DNA of 34,533 bases from a virus. Lineage: Duplodnaviria > Caudoviricetes. A program made the translations under genes and the position numbers. Under the pieces are notes generated by a model that made no database searches, was not told where the DNA came from, and saw only the letters and a list, made by a program, of their open reading frames with translations. Positions 9,253 through 16,152 of this stretch are shown one piece after another; within the stretch, counting starts at the first letter, position 1; every line of letters starts with the position of its first letter. The stretch is from positions 1 through 34,533 of the IMG/VR virus record IMGVR_UViG_3300021124_000019. One strand, 5' to 3'.

Positions 9253-9618
9253 ATGGATAATTACAAAACACTTGCTTTAGGGCTTATAAATGACCATATA
9301 GATGATGTTCAAGCGTGGGATAAAAGCAAAACTAGATTAGATATATTAAATGACTTGCTAGACGATACACAAAACGTATTTGGTAACTTAGACGGTTCAA
9401 GAACTTGCAACACGTGGGAAGCGCAACAGTTTATAAATGATAGTGGCGCAATATGGGATGATGACATTAGAGACTTATTTAATGATATAGACCAAAACTA
9501 TTTTGTTGAAACACTTGCTCGAGGTGCTGAGACTTTAGACGTTGTTATTCTTGAATTGCTAGCGCCTCAAGTTATAAAAGAAGAAATATATAATATTCTT
9601 AAAGTATTAAGCGACTAA
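9253..9618 (+). CDS. Acidic hypothetical early protein
   Basis: 121 aa, Asp-rich, GSRTCNTWEA and LDVVI motifs; AGGGGGT SD. Confidence 0.75.
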   Translation: MDNYKTLALGLINDHIDDVQAWDKSKTRLDILNDLLDDTQNVFGNLDGSRTCNTWEAQQFINDSGAIWDDDIRDLFNDIDQNYFVETLARGAETLDVVILELLAPQVIKEEIYNILKVLSD

Positions 9619-9664
9619 TTAAATAGTGCTAGGCATCACTTTAAAATGCCTAGATAGGGATAAT

Positions 9665-9880
9665 ATGAATTTATATTTAACAGTATTTGAACGAATAGAT
9701 GCCGACCCGGATTGGTTTACTTGGACTAGTGAAAATGAGCCAACAGATAATCAAGAACTAAAAAAGATAAAACAACATTTAAAAGAAAATGAGGACGAAT
9801 CAGAAATAGGCGATTATTGGACTAATAGAATATCAGAGGTAGACGGTTATAAAATTAAACTAGTAAAGGAAATAAAATAA
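9665..9880 (+). CDS. Hypothetical early protein
   Basis: Start moved to ATG 9665 after AGGGA SD and hairpin CTAGGCAT-N9-ATGCCTAG. Confidence 0.7.
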   Translation: MNLYLTVFERIDADPDWFTWTSENEPTDNQELKKIKQHLKENEDESEIGDYWTNRISEVDGYKIKLVKEIK

Positions 9881-10002
9881 TGAGTGATAGAGTCATAAGA
9901 ATTAGCGAAGAACATTATAAAAGATTAAAAGCCTACTCAATTAAAAATAAGCGTACTTTAAAAGCATGCGTAGAAATAATGATTGATAGAGTAGCGCTAT
10001 GA
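9880..10002 (+). CDS. Small ribbon-helix-helix-like DNA-binding protein
   Basis: MSDRVIRISEEHYKRLKAYSIKNKRTLKACVEIMIDRVAL (40 aa): alternating beta strand then two helices; TAATG overlap; absent from ORF track. Confidence 0.6.
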   Translation: MSDRVIRISEEHYKRLKAYSIKNKRTLKACVEIMIDRVAL

Positions 10003-10073
10003 TAATACTAGAAATATTGGGCGCTTATTTAACAGGTACTTTAATTGCTTATATTATAACTTTTAAAAATTAG
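9999..10073 (+). CDS. 24-aa hydrophobic peptide
   Basis: MIILEILGAYLTGTLIAYIITFKN; ATGA overlap with previous gene. Confidence 0.45.
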   Translation: MIILEILGAYLTGTLIAYIITFKN

Positions 10074-10080
10074 GCATCAA

Positions 10081-10112
10081 CAGCCCTTATCCCGTAGCTA
10101 GGATGAGGGTTG
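10081..10112 (+). other. 12-bp RNA hairpin at the end of the first early operon
   Basis: CAGCCCTTATCC-cgtagcta-GGATGAGGGTTG with G:U pairs on + strand; no clear U-tract. Confidence 0.55.
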
Positions 10113-10339
10113 AAATATGACTTTAATTTTAAGATAGTGGCTCTTAATGTGTAACACAGATGGCAATAGCTTCGTATTTTTAAACGCTATCCACTATCAC
10201 CATCAGCATTAGGCTAGGTTGTACATTAGGGCTATCGCACAGAGCCTAGACTTATCACACACTATAAGGCTATCCGACCGAGAGCATATCTAAAGTTTTG
10301 AATAGTGCTATAAACTATTTTATTAAAGTATTTTTCCTA

Positions 10340-10411
10340 TTGACATTTAATTTTTAGATTGCTAACATATTTATATTAAACAGTAGCAAGCCCCTAGCAA
10401 TAGGGGTTTTT
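10340..10411 (+). ncRNA. Promoter plus immediate intrinsic terminator, candidate ~35-nt RNA
   Basis: TTGACA-17 nt-TAACAT (with TG extension) then AAGCCCCTA-gcaa-TAGGGGTTTTT at 10388-10411. Confidence 0.5.
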
Positions 10412-10474
10412 CTATTATCAAACAGTAACAATAGTTAATATTTAAACTATCACAATTAAGCATTTAAGTCAATT

Positions 10475-10538
10475 AAAAAGAGCCGGTAAAATTAAGAAAA
10501 TCCGGCTCAATTATAAATAGGGGGTGTGTATGCACACA
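10475..10538 (-). ncRNA. Candidate sRNA 2
   Basis: TGtTATAAT (10544-10552), 6 nt, GTGTG-cata-CACAC hairpin, C-rich linker, GAGCCGG...CCGGCTC-TTTTT terminator. Confidence 0.55.
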
Positions 10539-10551
10539 TTCGCATTATAAC

Positions 10552-10609
10552 AAAAAAGCAAGCTCTGTAAAGAGCCTGCTAAACGAAAGACGCCTTTATT
10601 TTGAAGGCA
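10552..10609 (-). ncRNA. Candidate sRNA 1
   Basis: TGaTATAAT (10615-10623), 6 nt, GCCTT-N7-AAGGC hairpin, linker GTCTTTCGTTT, AGCAGGCTCT-ttac-AGAGCTTGCT-TTTTT terminator. Confidence 0.6.
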
Positions 10610-10732
10610 TTTAAATTATATCATAACTAGGGCTTATCGTAATAATTTAAGACTTACACCTTTAAGGTTGCGACCCTAGTAATTAAATAATAACTTATAC
10701 ACAGGTTTAGTCAATATTTAACATTATTAGTA

Positions 10733-10761
10733 TTGACATTAACGACTTGTTGTAGTAGTAT
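10733..10761 (+). promoter_or_regulatory. Sigma70-type promoter for second plus-strand operon
   Basis: TTGACA(10733-10738)-17 nt-TAGTAT(10756-10761). Confidence 0.7.
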
Positions 10762-10912
10762 GTAGTTATGGTTAAGTTAAGGCTTGACCAAGTACCAAAT
10801 ACAATTTTCCACTCCACGAAAGGGGGCTAGGCTAATTTATAGAGTTTATAGCCCCTGATTAGTCTAGTAGAGATTGAGTTAGGTAGGTGTTAAATAAACG
10901 AAAGGAGCTTTT

Positions 10913-11101
10913 ATGAAGTTGCACTATGATTTTTTCATAGGTATATTTCTAGGCATTATAATTCTTGACTATTGTAAGTTAAGAATAAATAGCTGGAAAA
11001 ATATAAAATTTAGCCACGATGCTAAAGATAAAAAAAAAATTAAGTCAATGAACAGAAAGTCAGATTTAATTTTAAGTCAGTTTGAACAGGGTTTAATATG
11101 A
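10913..11101 (+). CDS. Small membrane-anchored protein
   Basis: 62 aa, N-terminal hydrophobic helix, basic tail; AAGGAG SD. Confidence 0.65.
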   Translation: MKLHYDFFIGIFLGIIILDYCKLRINSWKNIKFSHDAKDKKKIKSMNRKSDLILSQFEQGLI

Positions 11102-11514
11102 AAATAAACGTTACATATATACCAAGTGTTCATAAAATAGAAGTAATTAAGTTTGATTGGGAAAACTTCTTTAAGACTTTAATAGAAGAAGAAATGAGAA
11201 AACGAAATGAACTCTATTGATGAAGTAAACTCTGTTATTGATGAAATACTAGAGTTGCAAACTAAACAATCAGTTTTAATAAATAGGTTATTAGATGAAG
11301 TATATAGATATGTGGAAAATTCACAGAAAGTTAGTTAAGTTAAATAAAATAGTAGAAAGTATGATAAGGGAAATAAATGAGTGATATAGCTTTTAGTTAC
11401 ATGTTTTTAGTAGGGGTAGGATTGTTTACTTTAACAGTAGCTTTAGTAGTTATATTCTTAATGTTCTGTTTTAAACTATTTAAAGTAATTTTAAGAAGGA
11501 TTGGCAAATGGTAA
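11098..11514 (+). CDS. Chain of four small overlapping ORFs (starts 11098, 11207, 11309, 11377; last is a TM peptide)
   Basis: Read manually; overlapping start/stop arrangement; each under 50 aa. Confidence 0.4.
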
Positions 11515-11563
11515 TATTCTTACTTTTAGTAATTGTTTTCTTGCTGTTTGCTATATTAGGCAA

Positions 11564-11989
11564 ATGATACAAGTAGTAAACACCGGCACCGGTGAAATTG
11601 AAGAGTACTCTGACGAAACTCCAGAAGAGATTATGGAGAGTTGGAGACTAATCACCGACCAAATTAAGATGCTAGAAAGAGCTAAAGAGAAGCTTAAAAA
11701 GAAAGTACCGGCTATTGTAGACAACAATGGTGTATATGAACATGGCAAGTACCGGTTCAAAATAAGCTCCGTACAGCGTTTTAATTACGATAAAGCAGTA
11801 ATGAGACAAGTATTTGATGAAGACCTCTTAGACACGCTCCTGAAGCCTGATAAGACCTTAATTGATACGTACATTAAAGATAACTTAGCAGATTTAGGCG
11901 AAGCATCCACTTTATTAAGGCAATCAATGTTAGAAGAAGGATTAGCTTACCAAGTTGTTAAATTAGAGAAAGTGAGTAGAGATGACTGA
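11564..11989 (+). CDS. Hypothetical protein, probably leaderless
   Basis: Better start is ATG 11564 (MIQVVNTGTGEI), 6 nt after TGcTATATT; VNxxTGEI N-terminus and coiled coil. Confidence 0.7.
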   Translation: MIQVVNTGTGEIEEYSDETPEEIMESWRLITDQIKMLERAKEKLKKKVPAIVDNNGVYEHGKYRFKISSVQRFNYDKAVMRQVFDEDLLDTLLKPDKTLIDTYIKDNLADLGEASTLLRQSMLEEGLAYQVVKLEKVSRDD

Positions 11990-12098
11990 CCAAGAGTATT
12001 TTGAGAACTTTAAGCCCGGTAATCCAGATTACTTCCAACCACCATGGGAAGATGAATTGATACCAATACCAATAAACTTGGAAGACCCACCATTTTAA
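11982..12098 (+). CDS. 38-aa acidic/Pro-rich peptide ending PINLEDPPF
   Basis: MTDQEYFENFKPGNPDYFQPPWEDELIPIPINLEDPPF; fills the gap between two genes; absent from ORF track. Confidence 0.6.
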   Translation: MTDQEYFENFKPGNPDYFQPPWEDELIPIPINLEDPPF

Positions 12099-12107
12099 AG
12101 GTTTAAC

Positions 12108-12395
12108 ATGAGAATCGGCAGGTTTACAGTAGTACAGAAGTTTGAGATATGGTCGCCTCGCTGGCATGATATGTGGGTAAATGGCGAAAAGAAAAAATCT
12201 CCAGTAATACTATTAAATAAACATAAAGTCGGTTTTCATAACGAGATAGTTTTTACTAAAACAAAAGCTGAGAGATTTAAAGGTAGCTGGTATATAACCG
12301 GAGAACACGCAAAACAATTTAATATAGGCTCGAATGGTGTAATAGAATGTTACGAAATACCATTTGACGCATTAGAACCATTAGAAAGGGTTTAA
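12108..12395 (+). CDS. Hypothetical protein
   Basis: 95 aa; EIWSPRWHD and CYEIPFDAL motifs; operon-like spacing. Confidence 0.7.
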   Translation: MRIGRFTVVQKFEIWSPRWHDMWVNGEKKKSPVILLNKHKVGFHNEIVFTKTKAERFKGSWYITGEHAKQFNIGSNGVIECYEIPFDALEPLERV

Positions 12396-12396
12396 T

Positions 12397-12582
12397 ATGA
12401 AAACATTTGTAAAGATAATAAGTTGGATAATGATGATTGTAGCAATAATAGCTTTTATTGGTTTGCTAGCATCACCAGATGACACGAGTAAAGCGCCTGG
12501 ATTGTTTTTAGGAGCGGCAATATTTATTCAATCAATATCAACAGTAATTTATTTTGAAGGAGAAGAGAATGGCAGGAACTAA
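12397..12582 (+). CDS. Two-TM small membrane protein
   Basis: 61 aa with two hydrophobic helices. Confidence 0.65.
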   Translation: MKTFVKIISWIMMIVAIIAFIGLLASPDDTSKAPGLFLGAAIFIQSISTVIYFEGEENGRN

Positions 12583-12799
12583 AGCTGGCGGACTTCGAGC
12601 CGCACAAACTAACAAAGCAAAGTATGGAGATGACTTTTACGCTAACATAGGTAAAAAGGGTGGAACTAATAGTAATACCGGTGGATTTGCTAACGACACA
12701 AAGATTGGTAAAGACGGACTAACCGGAAGACAAAGAGCAAGTATAGCCGGTGCCAAAGGTGGTAAAGTAAGTAAAAGAACTAAGAAGGAGATTAAGTAA
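12569..12799 (+). CDS. KGG-repeat (stress-induced-like) small basic protein
   Basis: MAGTKAGGLRAAQTNKAKYGDDFYANIGKKGG...TGGFA...IAGAKGGKVSKR; AAGGAG SD before ATG 12569. Confidence 0.8.
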   Translation: MAGTKAGGLRAAQTNKAKYGDDFYANIGKKGGTNSNTGGFANDTKIGKDGLTGRQRASIAGAKGGKVSKRTKKEIK

Positions 12800-13362
12800 T
12801 GCCAATATTAAACAACGTTAAAACTGTATGGGTAGGCGATGACGCTTTTGACATACCCGGAACTAACTTAACTATCTTTACTATTAAGCTAGAAGTAGAC
12901 GGAGAAAGACTTATCCACAAGACAATGAGCGATAAGATAGCCACAGAGGGTTGGACTGGAGATGTAGAAGTCTATACTAACGACAAAGGTAAAGAGTACG
13001 TAAGACAAGCCCCTAAAGAAAACACTTTTACTCCTAGTGCTGGTAAAGCATGGCAACCCAAAGATGATAAGAACATCACACTAGGATTAGTATTTAAAAC
13101 CTTTTGTACTATTGAGGGTATGCTTCCACAGAAACCAGAACACTGGAACTACATTAAGAAAGCCACTGTAAAGCTTATTGAGATTGGTAACGAACTCAAA
13201 GGCAAAGAAGAAGTAGTGGCAGAACCAGCAAAAGTATCGGGTTATGAGAAAGCTAAGCAAGTAGCAGAGACTATAAAGCAGAAAACTCCTATTGATGATT
13301 GGGGTAACATGGACATCATAGAATCGGGCGAACCCATTAATTTAAATGACATACCATTTTAG
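12799..13362 (+). CDS. Putative single-stranded DNA-binding protein
   Basis: Beta-rich (OB-like) N-terminus and acidic C-terminal tail EPINLNDIPF. Confidence 0.55.
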   Translation: MPILNNVKTVWVGDDAFDIPGTNLTIFTIKLEVDGERLIHKTMSDKIATEGWTGDVEVYTNDKGKEYVRQAPKENTFTPSAGKAWQPKDDKNITLGLVFKTFCTIEGMLPQKPEHWNYIKKATVKLIEIGNELKGKEEVVAEPAKVSGYEKAKQVAETIKQKTPIDDWGNMDIIESGEPINLNDIPF

Positions 13363-13370
13363 GAGTTAAT

Positions 13371-13529
13371 ATGGATAAGAAGAACGTAAAGAAGTTTAAC
13401 AAAATAGTTATGGGAAGTAAGATTGACAAAGCTGAATACGATAAAGAACTTGGATTATTCATAATATTTTTAGATAATGATAATGTAATAGTATTTAATA
13501 CAGGTTCAGTCGCAGTAGCAAAGAGGTAA
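13371..13529 (+). CDS. Hypothetical 52-aa protein
   Basis: AGGAG SD, MDKKNVKKFNKIVMGSKIDKAEYD...; read manually. Confidence 0.6.
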   Translation: MDKKNVKKFNKIVMGSKIDKAEYDKELGLFIIFLDNDNVIVFNTGSVAVAKR

Positions 13530-13530
13530 C

Positions 13531-13698
13531 ATGCCGAGTTATTATGAAAACTTAGTCGCAAAGATAGGCGAAGAAAAAGCCCGGGAGCAAATGAAAGCTA
13601 TCCGGGCAAATAGAAAAGTCAATAAAGGCGGTGGTTTTAATAATCCTGAAGTTATTAAGAAAGCATTAGAAACAAGGAGTAAAAAATGGAAAACATAA
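13531..13698 (+). CDS. Small basic protein with KGGGF motif
   Basis: MPSYYENLVAKIGEEKAREQMKAIRANRKVNKGGGFNNPEVIKKALETRSKKWKT; GAGGT SD. Confidence 0.6.
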   Translation: MPSYYENLVAKIGEEKAREQMKAIRANRKVNKGGGFNNPEVIKKALETRSKKWKT

Positions 13699-13770
13699 GA
13701 TGGGTAGAATTTCCAGAAGACATGGAATTTGGAGACTGCATCATACACAATGAGTTTGAAGAACGGGATT

Positions 13771-14139
13771 ATGAGTAAAGTAGAAAAACATCACGTTCTT
13801 TATCCCAATAGGTTATGGGGAGCATTTGATTCAGGCAGAAAGTTAAGACAGACTCCTGAACTTATAGTTCCTCTCTATCATGGGGCGCATCAAAGAATAC
13901 ATGCACATCTTGAGCAAGTACCAATACCAGATACTTTTACACTTGACAGGGTTGTCAGAGATTACAGACCAATACGAGATAACCCAGTGTATAGTATTTA
14001 CGCATTACAAAAGTCTATACATGAAGCAGTAAACTTTAATGCCAGAGCATCTAAGGTTGCCAGAGAAGTTGGCATGATAGCTTGTGAGGCATTAGAGATG
14101 CAAGTAACAACAATAAAAGAAGGATTAGCAACGTTATGA
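13771..14139 (+). CDS. His-rich protein, possible degenerate HNH-type nuclease
   Basis: EKHHVLY...LIVPLYHGAHQRIH spacing resembles HNH; start at MSKVEKHH. Confidence 0.5.
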   Translation: MSKVEKHHVLYPNRLWGAFDSGRKLRQTPELIVPLYHGAHQRIHAHLEQVPIPDTFTLDRVVRDYRPIRDNPVYSIYALQKSIHEAVNFNARASKVAREVGMIACEALEMQVTTIKEGLATL

Positions 14140-14168
14140 ACTTAAATAATAAATTAAAGGAGAATAAT

Positions 14169-14540
14169 ATGAGTAAAACAACTATAAATGAATTAGAAAT
14201 AAACGGACAAACTTATGTACTTAAAGGTACAGACAATAAAAAATCCGAACAATTAAATGGAATGGACTTTGTAGTAGTCCGCACCTATAGTGCTGGAGTA
14301 TTTGCAGGTTACCTTAAAAACCGAGATGGTAAAGAAGTGCATTTAGTAGACGCTATCAGATTATGGTATTGGGACGGGGCAGCTTCTTTGAGCCAATTAG
14401 CTACAGATGGAGTAAGCAAACCTAATAATTGTAAGTTTGCTGTACCAGTAAATGTAACATTGACCGAAGCAGATGAAATTATAGAAACAACTGATAAAGC
14501 ACGAGAGTCAATTCAAGGTGTAAAGTCATGGGTAGTTTAA
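14169..14540 (+). CDS. DUF6948-like phage protein
   Basis: VVVRTYSAGVFAG...RLWYWDGAASLSQLA.DGV signature; AAGGAG SD before ATG 14169. Confidence 0.75.
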   Translation: MSKTTINELEINGQTYVLKGTDNKKSEQLNGMDFVVVRTYSAGVFAGYLKNRDGKEVHLVDAIRLWYWDGAASLSQLATDGVSKPNNCKFAVPVNVTLTEADEIIETTDKARESIQGVKSWVV

Positions 14541-14761
14541 CAGAATTAAATACTGAAGATATTGCTTTTGGCTATGACTCTGGCTCTGGCTATGGCTATG
14601 ACTCTGGCTCTGGCTCTGGCAATGGCTATGGCTTTAGCTCTGGCAATGGCTCTGGCTATGGCAATGGCTATGGCTCTGGCTCTGGCTCTGGCAATGGCTC
14701 TGGCTATGGCAATGGCTATGGCTCTGGCAATGGCTATGGCAATGGCACAGGAAAAGGATAG
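14528..14761 (+). CDS. Gly-rich (Gx)n repeat protein
   Basis: GSGYGNG repeats; such ORFs commonly follow DUF6948-like genes. Confidence 0.65.
   Translation: MGSLTELNTEDIAFGYDSGSGYGYDSGSGSGNGYGFSSGNGSGYGNGYGSGSGSGNGSGYGNGYGSGNGYGNGTGKG
14570..14746 (+). repeat. Hexamer microsatellite GGC(TCT/TAT/AAT)
   Basis: About 29 consecutive 6-bp units with few deviations. Confidence 0.9.
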
Positions 14762-14768
14762 CATTACT

Positions 14769-15008
14769 ATGACTCAGAGAAGTGAACACGGTGGCGGTGA
14801 AGCTGCCATACAAAGGGAATCAATGGAGGCTTATGCCTACAATAACGAGAAGAGAGACCGCAAGCTGGGTAAAACAGCAGTTAAGCCTTATGTGGCACCT
14901 CCATTTGGAGATTTGCCATACTCAAGGGACATGTATTCACCAAGTAATCAACAAAGGGAGTATAGTCGTGAAGAAACCGACAGTAGCACAACTCAAGAAG
15001 AAAGCTGA
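14769..15008 (+). CDS. Hypothetical protein
   Basis: True start probably ATG 14769 (MTQRSEHGG) after AAGGA; upstream extension in track is a repeat artefact. Confidence 0.55.
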   Translation: MTQRSEHGGGEAAIQRESMEAYAYNNEKRDRKLGKTAVKPYVAPPFGDLPYSRDMYSPSNQQREYSREETDSSTTQEES

Positions 15009-15372
15009 TTTATACTTTAGTCGTTATATCCGGTATAGAGATTCCACCAAGCGTGGCGAAGAATACTGGGCTCAATGTATAACATGTGATAAGTGGTTGC
15101 CTGTAAAACAGATGCACGCAGGACACTTTCAGTCCAGAAGATATTCTGCTACTAGATATGATGACGAAAATGTAAACGCTCAATGTGCTGGTTGCAATAC
15201 TTACAATCAAGGGGAACAGTTTAAATACTCTAAAGCCCTTGAAATGAAGTTTGGGGATGGGACAGCAGATAAATTACAAAAAAGGGCGCAAGAGTACCAT
15301 AAACTAACTATTCAAGAGTTAGAAGACATAATTAAAGAAGCTAAATATAATATCAAGTTCTATGAATCTTAG
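14968..15372 (+). CDS. ninG: NinG/Rap-family recombination endonuclease
   Basis: FSRYIRYRD, CITC, HAGHF, ATRYDDENVNAQCAGCN motifs; GTG start after AGGGAG SD. Confidence 0.85.
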   Translation: MKKPTVAQLKKKADLYFSRYIRYRDSTKRGEEYWAQCITCDKWLPVKQMHAGHFQSRRYSATRYDDENVNAQCAGCNTYNQGEQFKYSKALEMKFGDGTADKLQKRAQEYHKLTIQELEDIIKEAKYNIKFYES

Positions 15373-15461
15373 GTTCAGATTCTAGTTTTTCGTACCTTAA
15401 TACAAATCCCTCAAGTATGTTACTCAAAATCCCGGCTAAAGCCTTTGTTCCCTTTGTTTAA

Positions 15462-15872
15462 CTACTCTATTATATCATTCATCATAATTCTTAGGACAAA
15501 TTCAGCCGCTTGTTGAGCAGGATATTTAGTGTGTATAATCATCACTTCTTCTCCGAGAGTATCTAGTAACATATCAAAGTCTTCTCCAAGTTGTCCTCTA
15601 GTCCACCAGAAGTCACCTGAATCATCTCTGTCATCTATTACTACTAAGCAATCAAAATCATCATCTGTGTCATTTAAATAGAACGCACAATTAGTTTGAT
15701 TAAGCTGTTCGCAAAACTCTCCAAGTTCATCAAATGCTTCTCCCCATACAGATAGTCTGCCTATTTCTTCTGGATGCCTTGCAAGCCATGCGTCATGCCA
15801 ATCTATACCTCCGTAGGTAGGTAGGTATTCACGAACATTGTCTTTATTCTGTCCGAATTCCATTTGACCCAC
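15462..15872 (-). CDS. Acidic hypothetical protein
   Basis: 136 aa, Asp/Glu-rich; start may be 15863. Confidence 0.65.
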   Translation of the reverse strand: MGQMEFGQNKDNVREYLPTYGGIDWHDAWLARHPEEIGRLSVWGEAFDELGEFCEQLNQTNCAFYLNDTDDDFDCLVVIDDRDDSGDFWWTRGQLGEDFDMLLDTLGEEVMIIHTKYPAQQAAEFVLRIMMNDIIE

Positions 15873-16152
15873 GAAACTTCTCCATATCTATACCTTCTTG
15901 TAACCGGTATACTTTTAACATTAAGCTCTGGACTATACCTTGATGCTTCTGTATTTGTTCAATGAGTCCATTTCTAACAATAATCATTTCGTCTATATGA
16001 GAATCTTCAAATCCCTCAAGTTGAGGTTGTACAAGTTTTTCTTTAATAAAATTAGCAGCAACATCAGGAAATTCTTGATGTACTTCTACACCAAAGTATT
16101 CATTGACTGCTCGAAATATTTCTGGGTGTTGTTCTCTATTTATGCTTTCCAT
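15844..16152 (-). CDS. Hypothetical protein
   Basis: 102 aa, C-terminal coiled coil; TAATG coupling to upstream gene. Confidence 0.65.
   Translation of the reverse strand: MESINREQHPEIFRAVNEYFGVEVHQEFPDVAANFIKEKLVQPQLEGFEDSHIDEMIIVRNGLIEQIQKHQGIVQSLMLKVYRLQEGIDMEKFRGSNGIRTE

Noticed and set aside
9999-10290. Type I toxin-antitoxin pair or tRNA near the 24-aa hydrophobic ORF
   Set aside because: No convincing antisense promoter/terminator overlapping the peptide gene and no cloverleaf or T-loop consensus in 10120-10290.
10592-10610. sRNA 1 5' GCCUU pairing with late-leader AGGC
   Set aside because: Only 4-5 bp and sequestered in its own hairpin; not distinguishable from chance.
14546-14768. 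Track ORFs reading MALALAMA (plus) and ARAIAIA (minus)
   Set aside because: Alternative frames of the GGCNNN hexamer repeat, open only because the repeat lacks stops.
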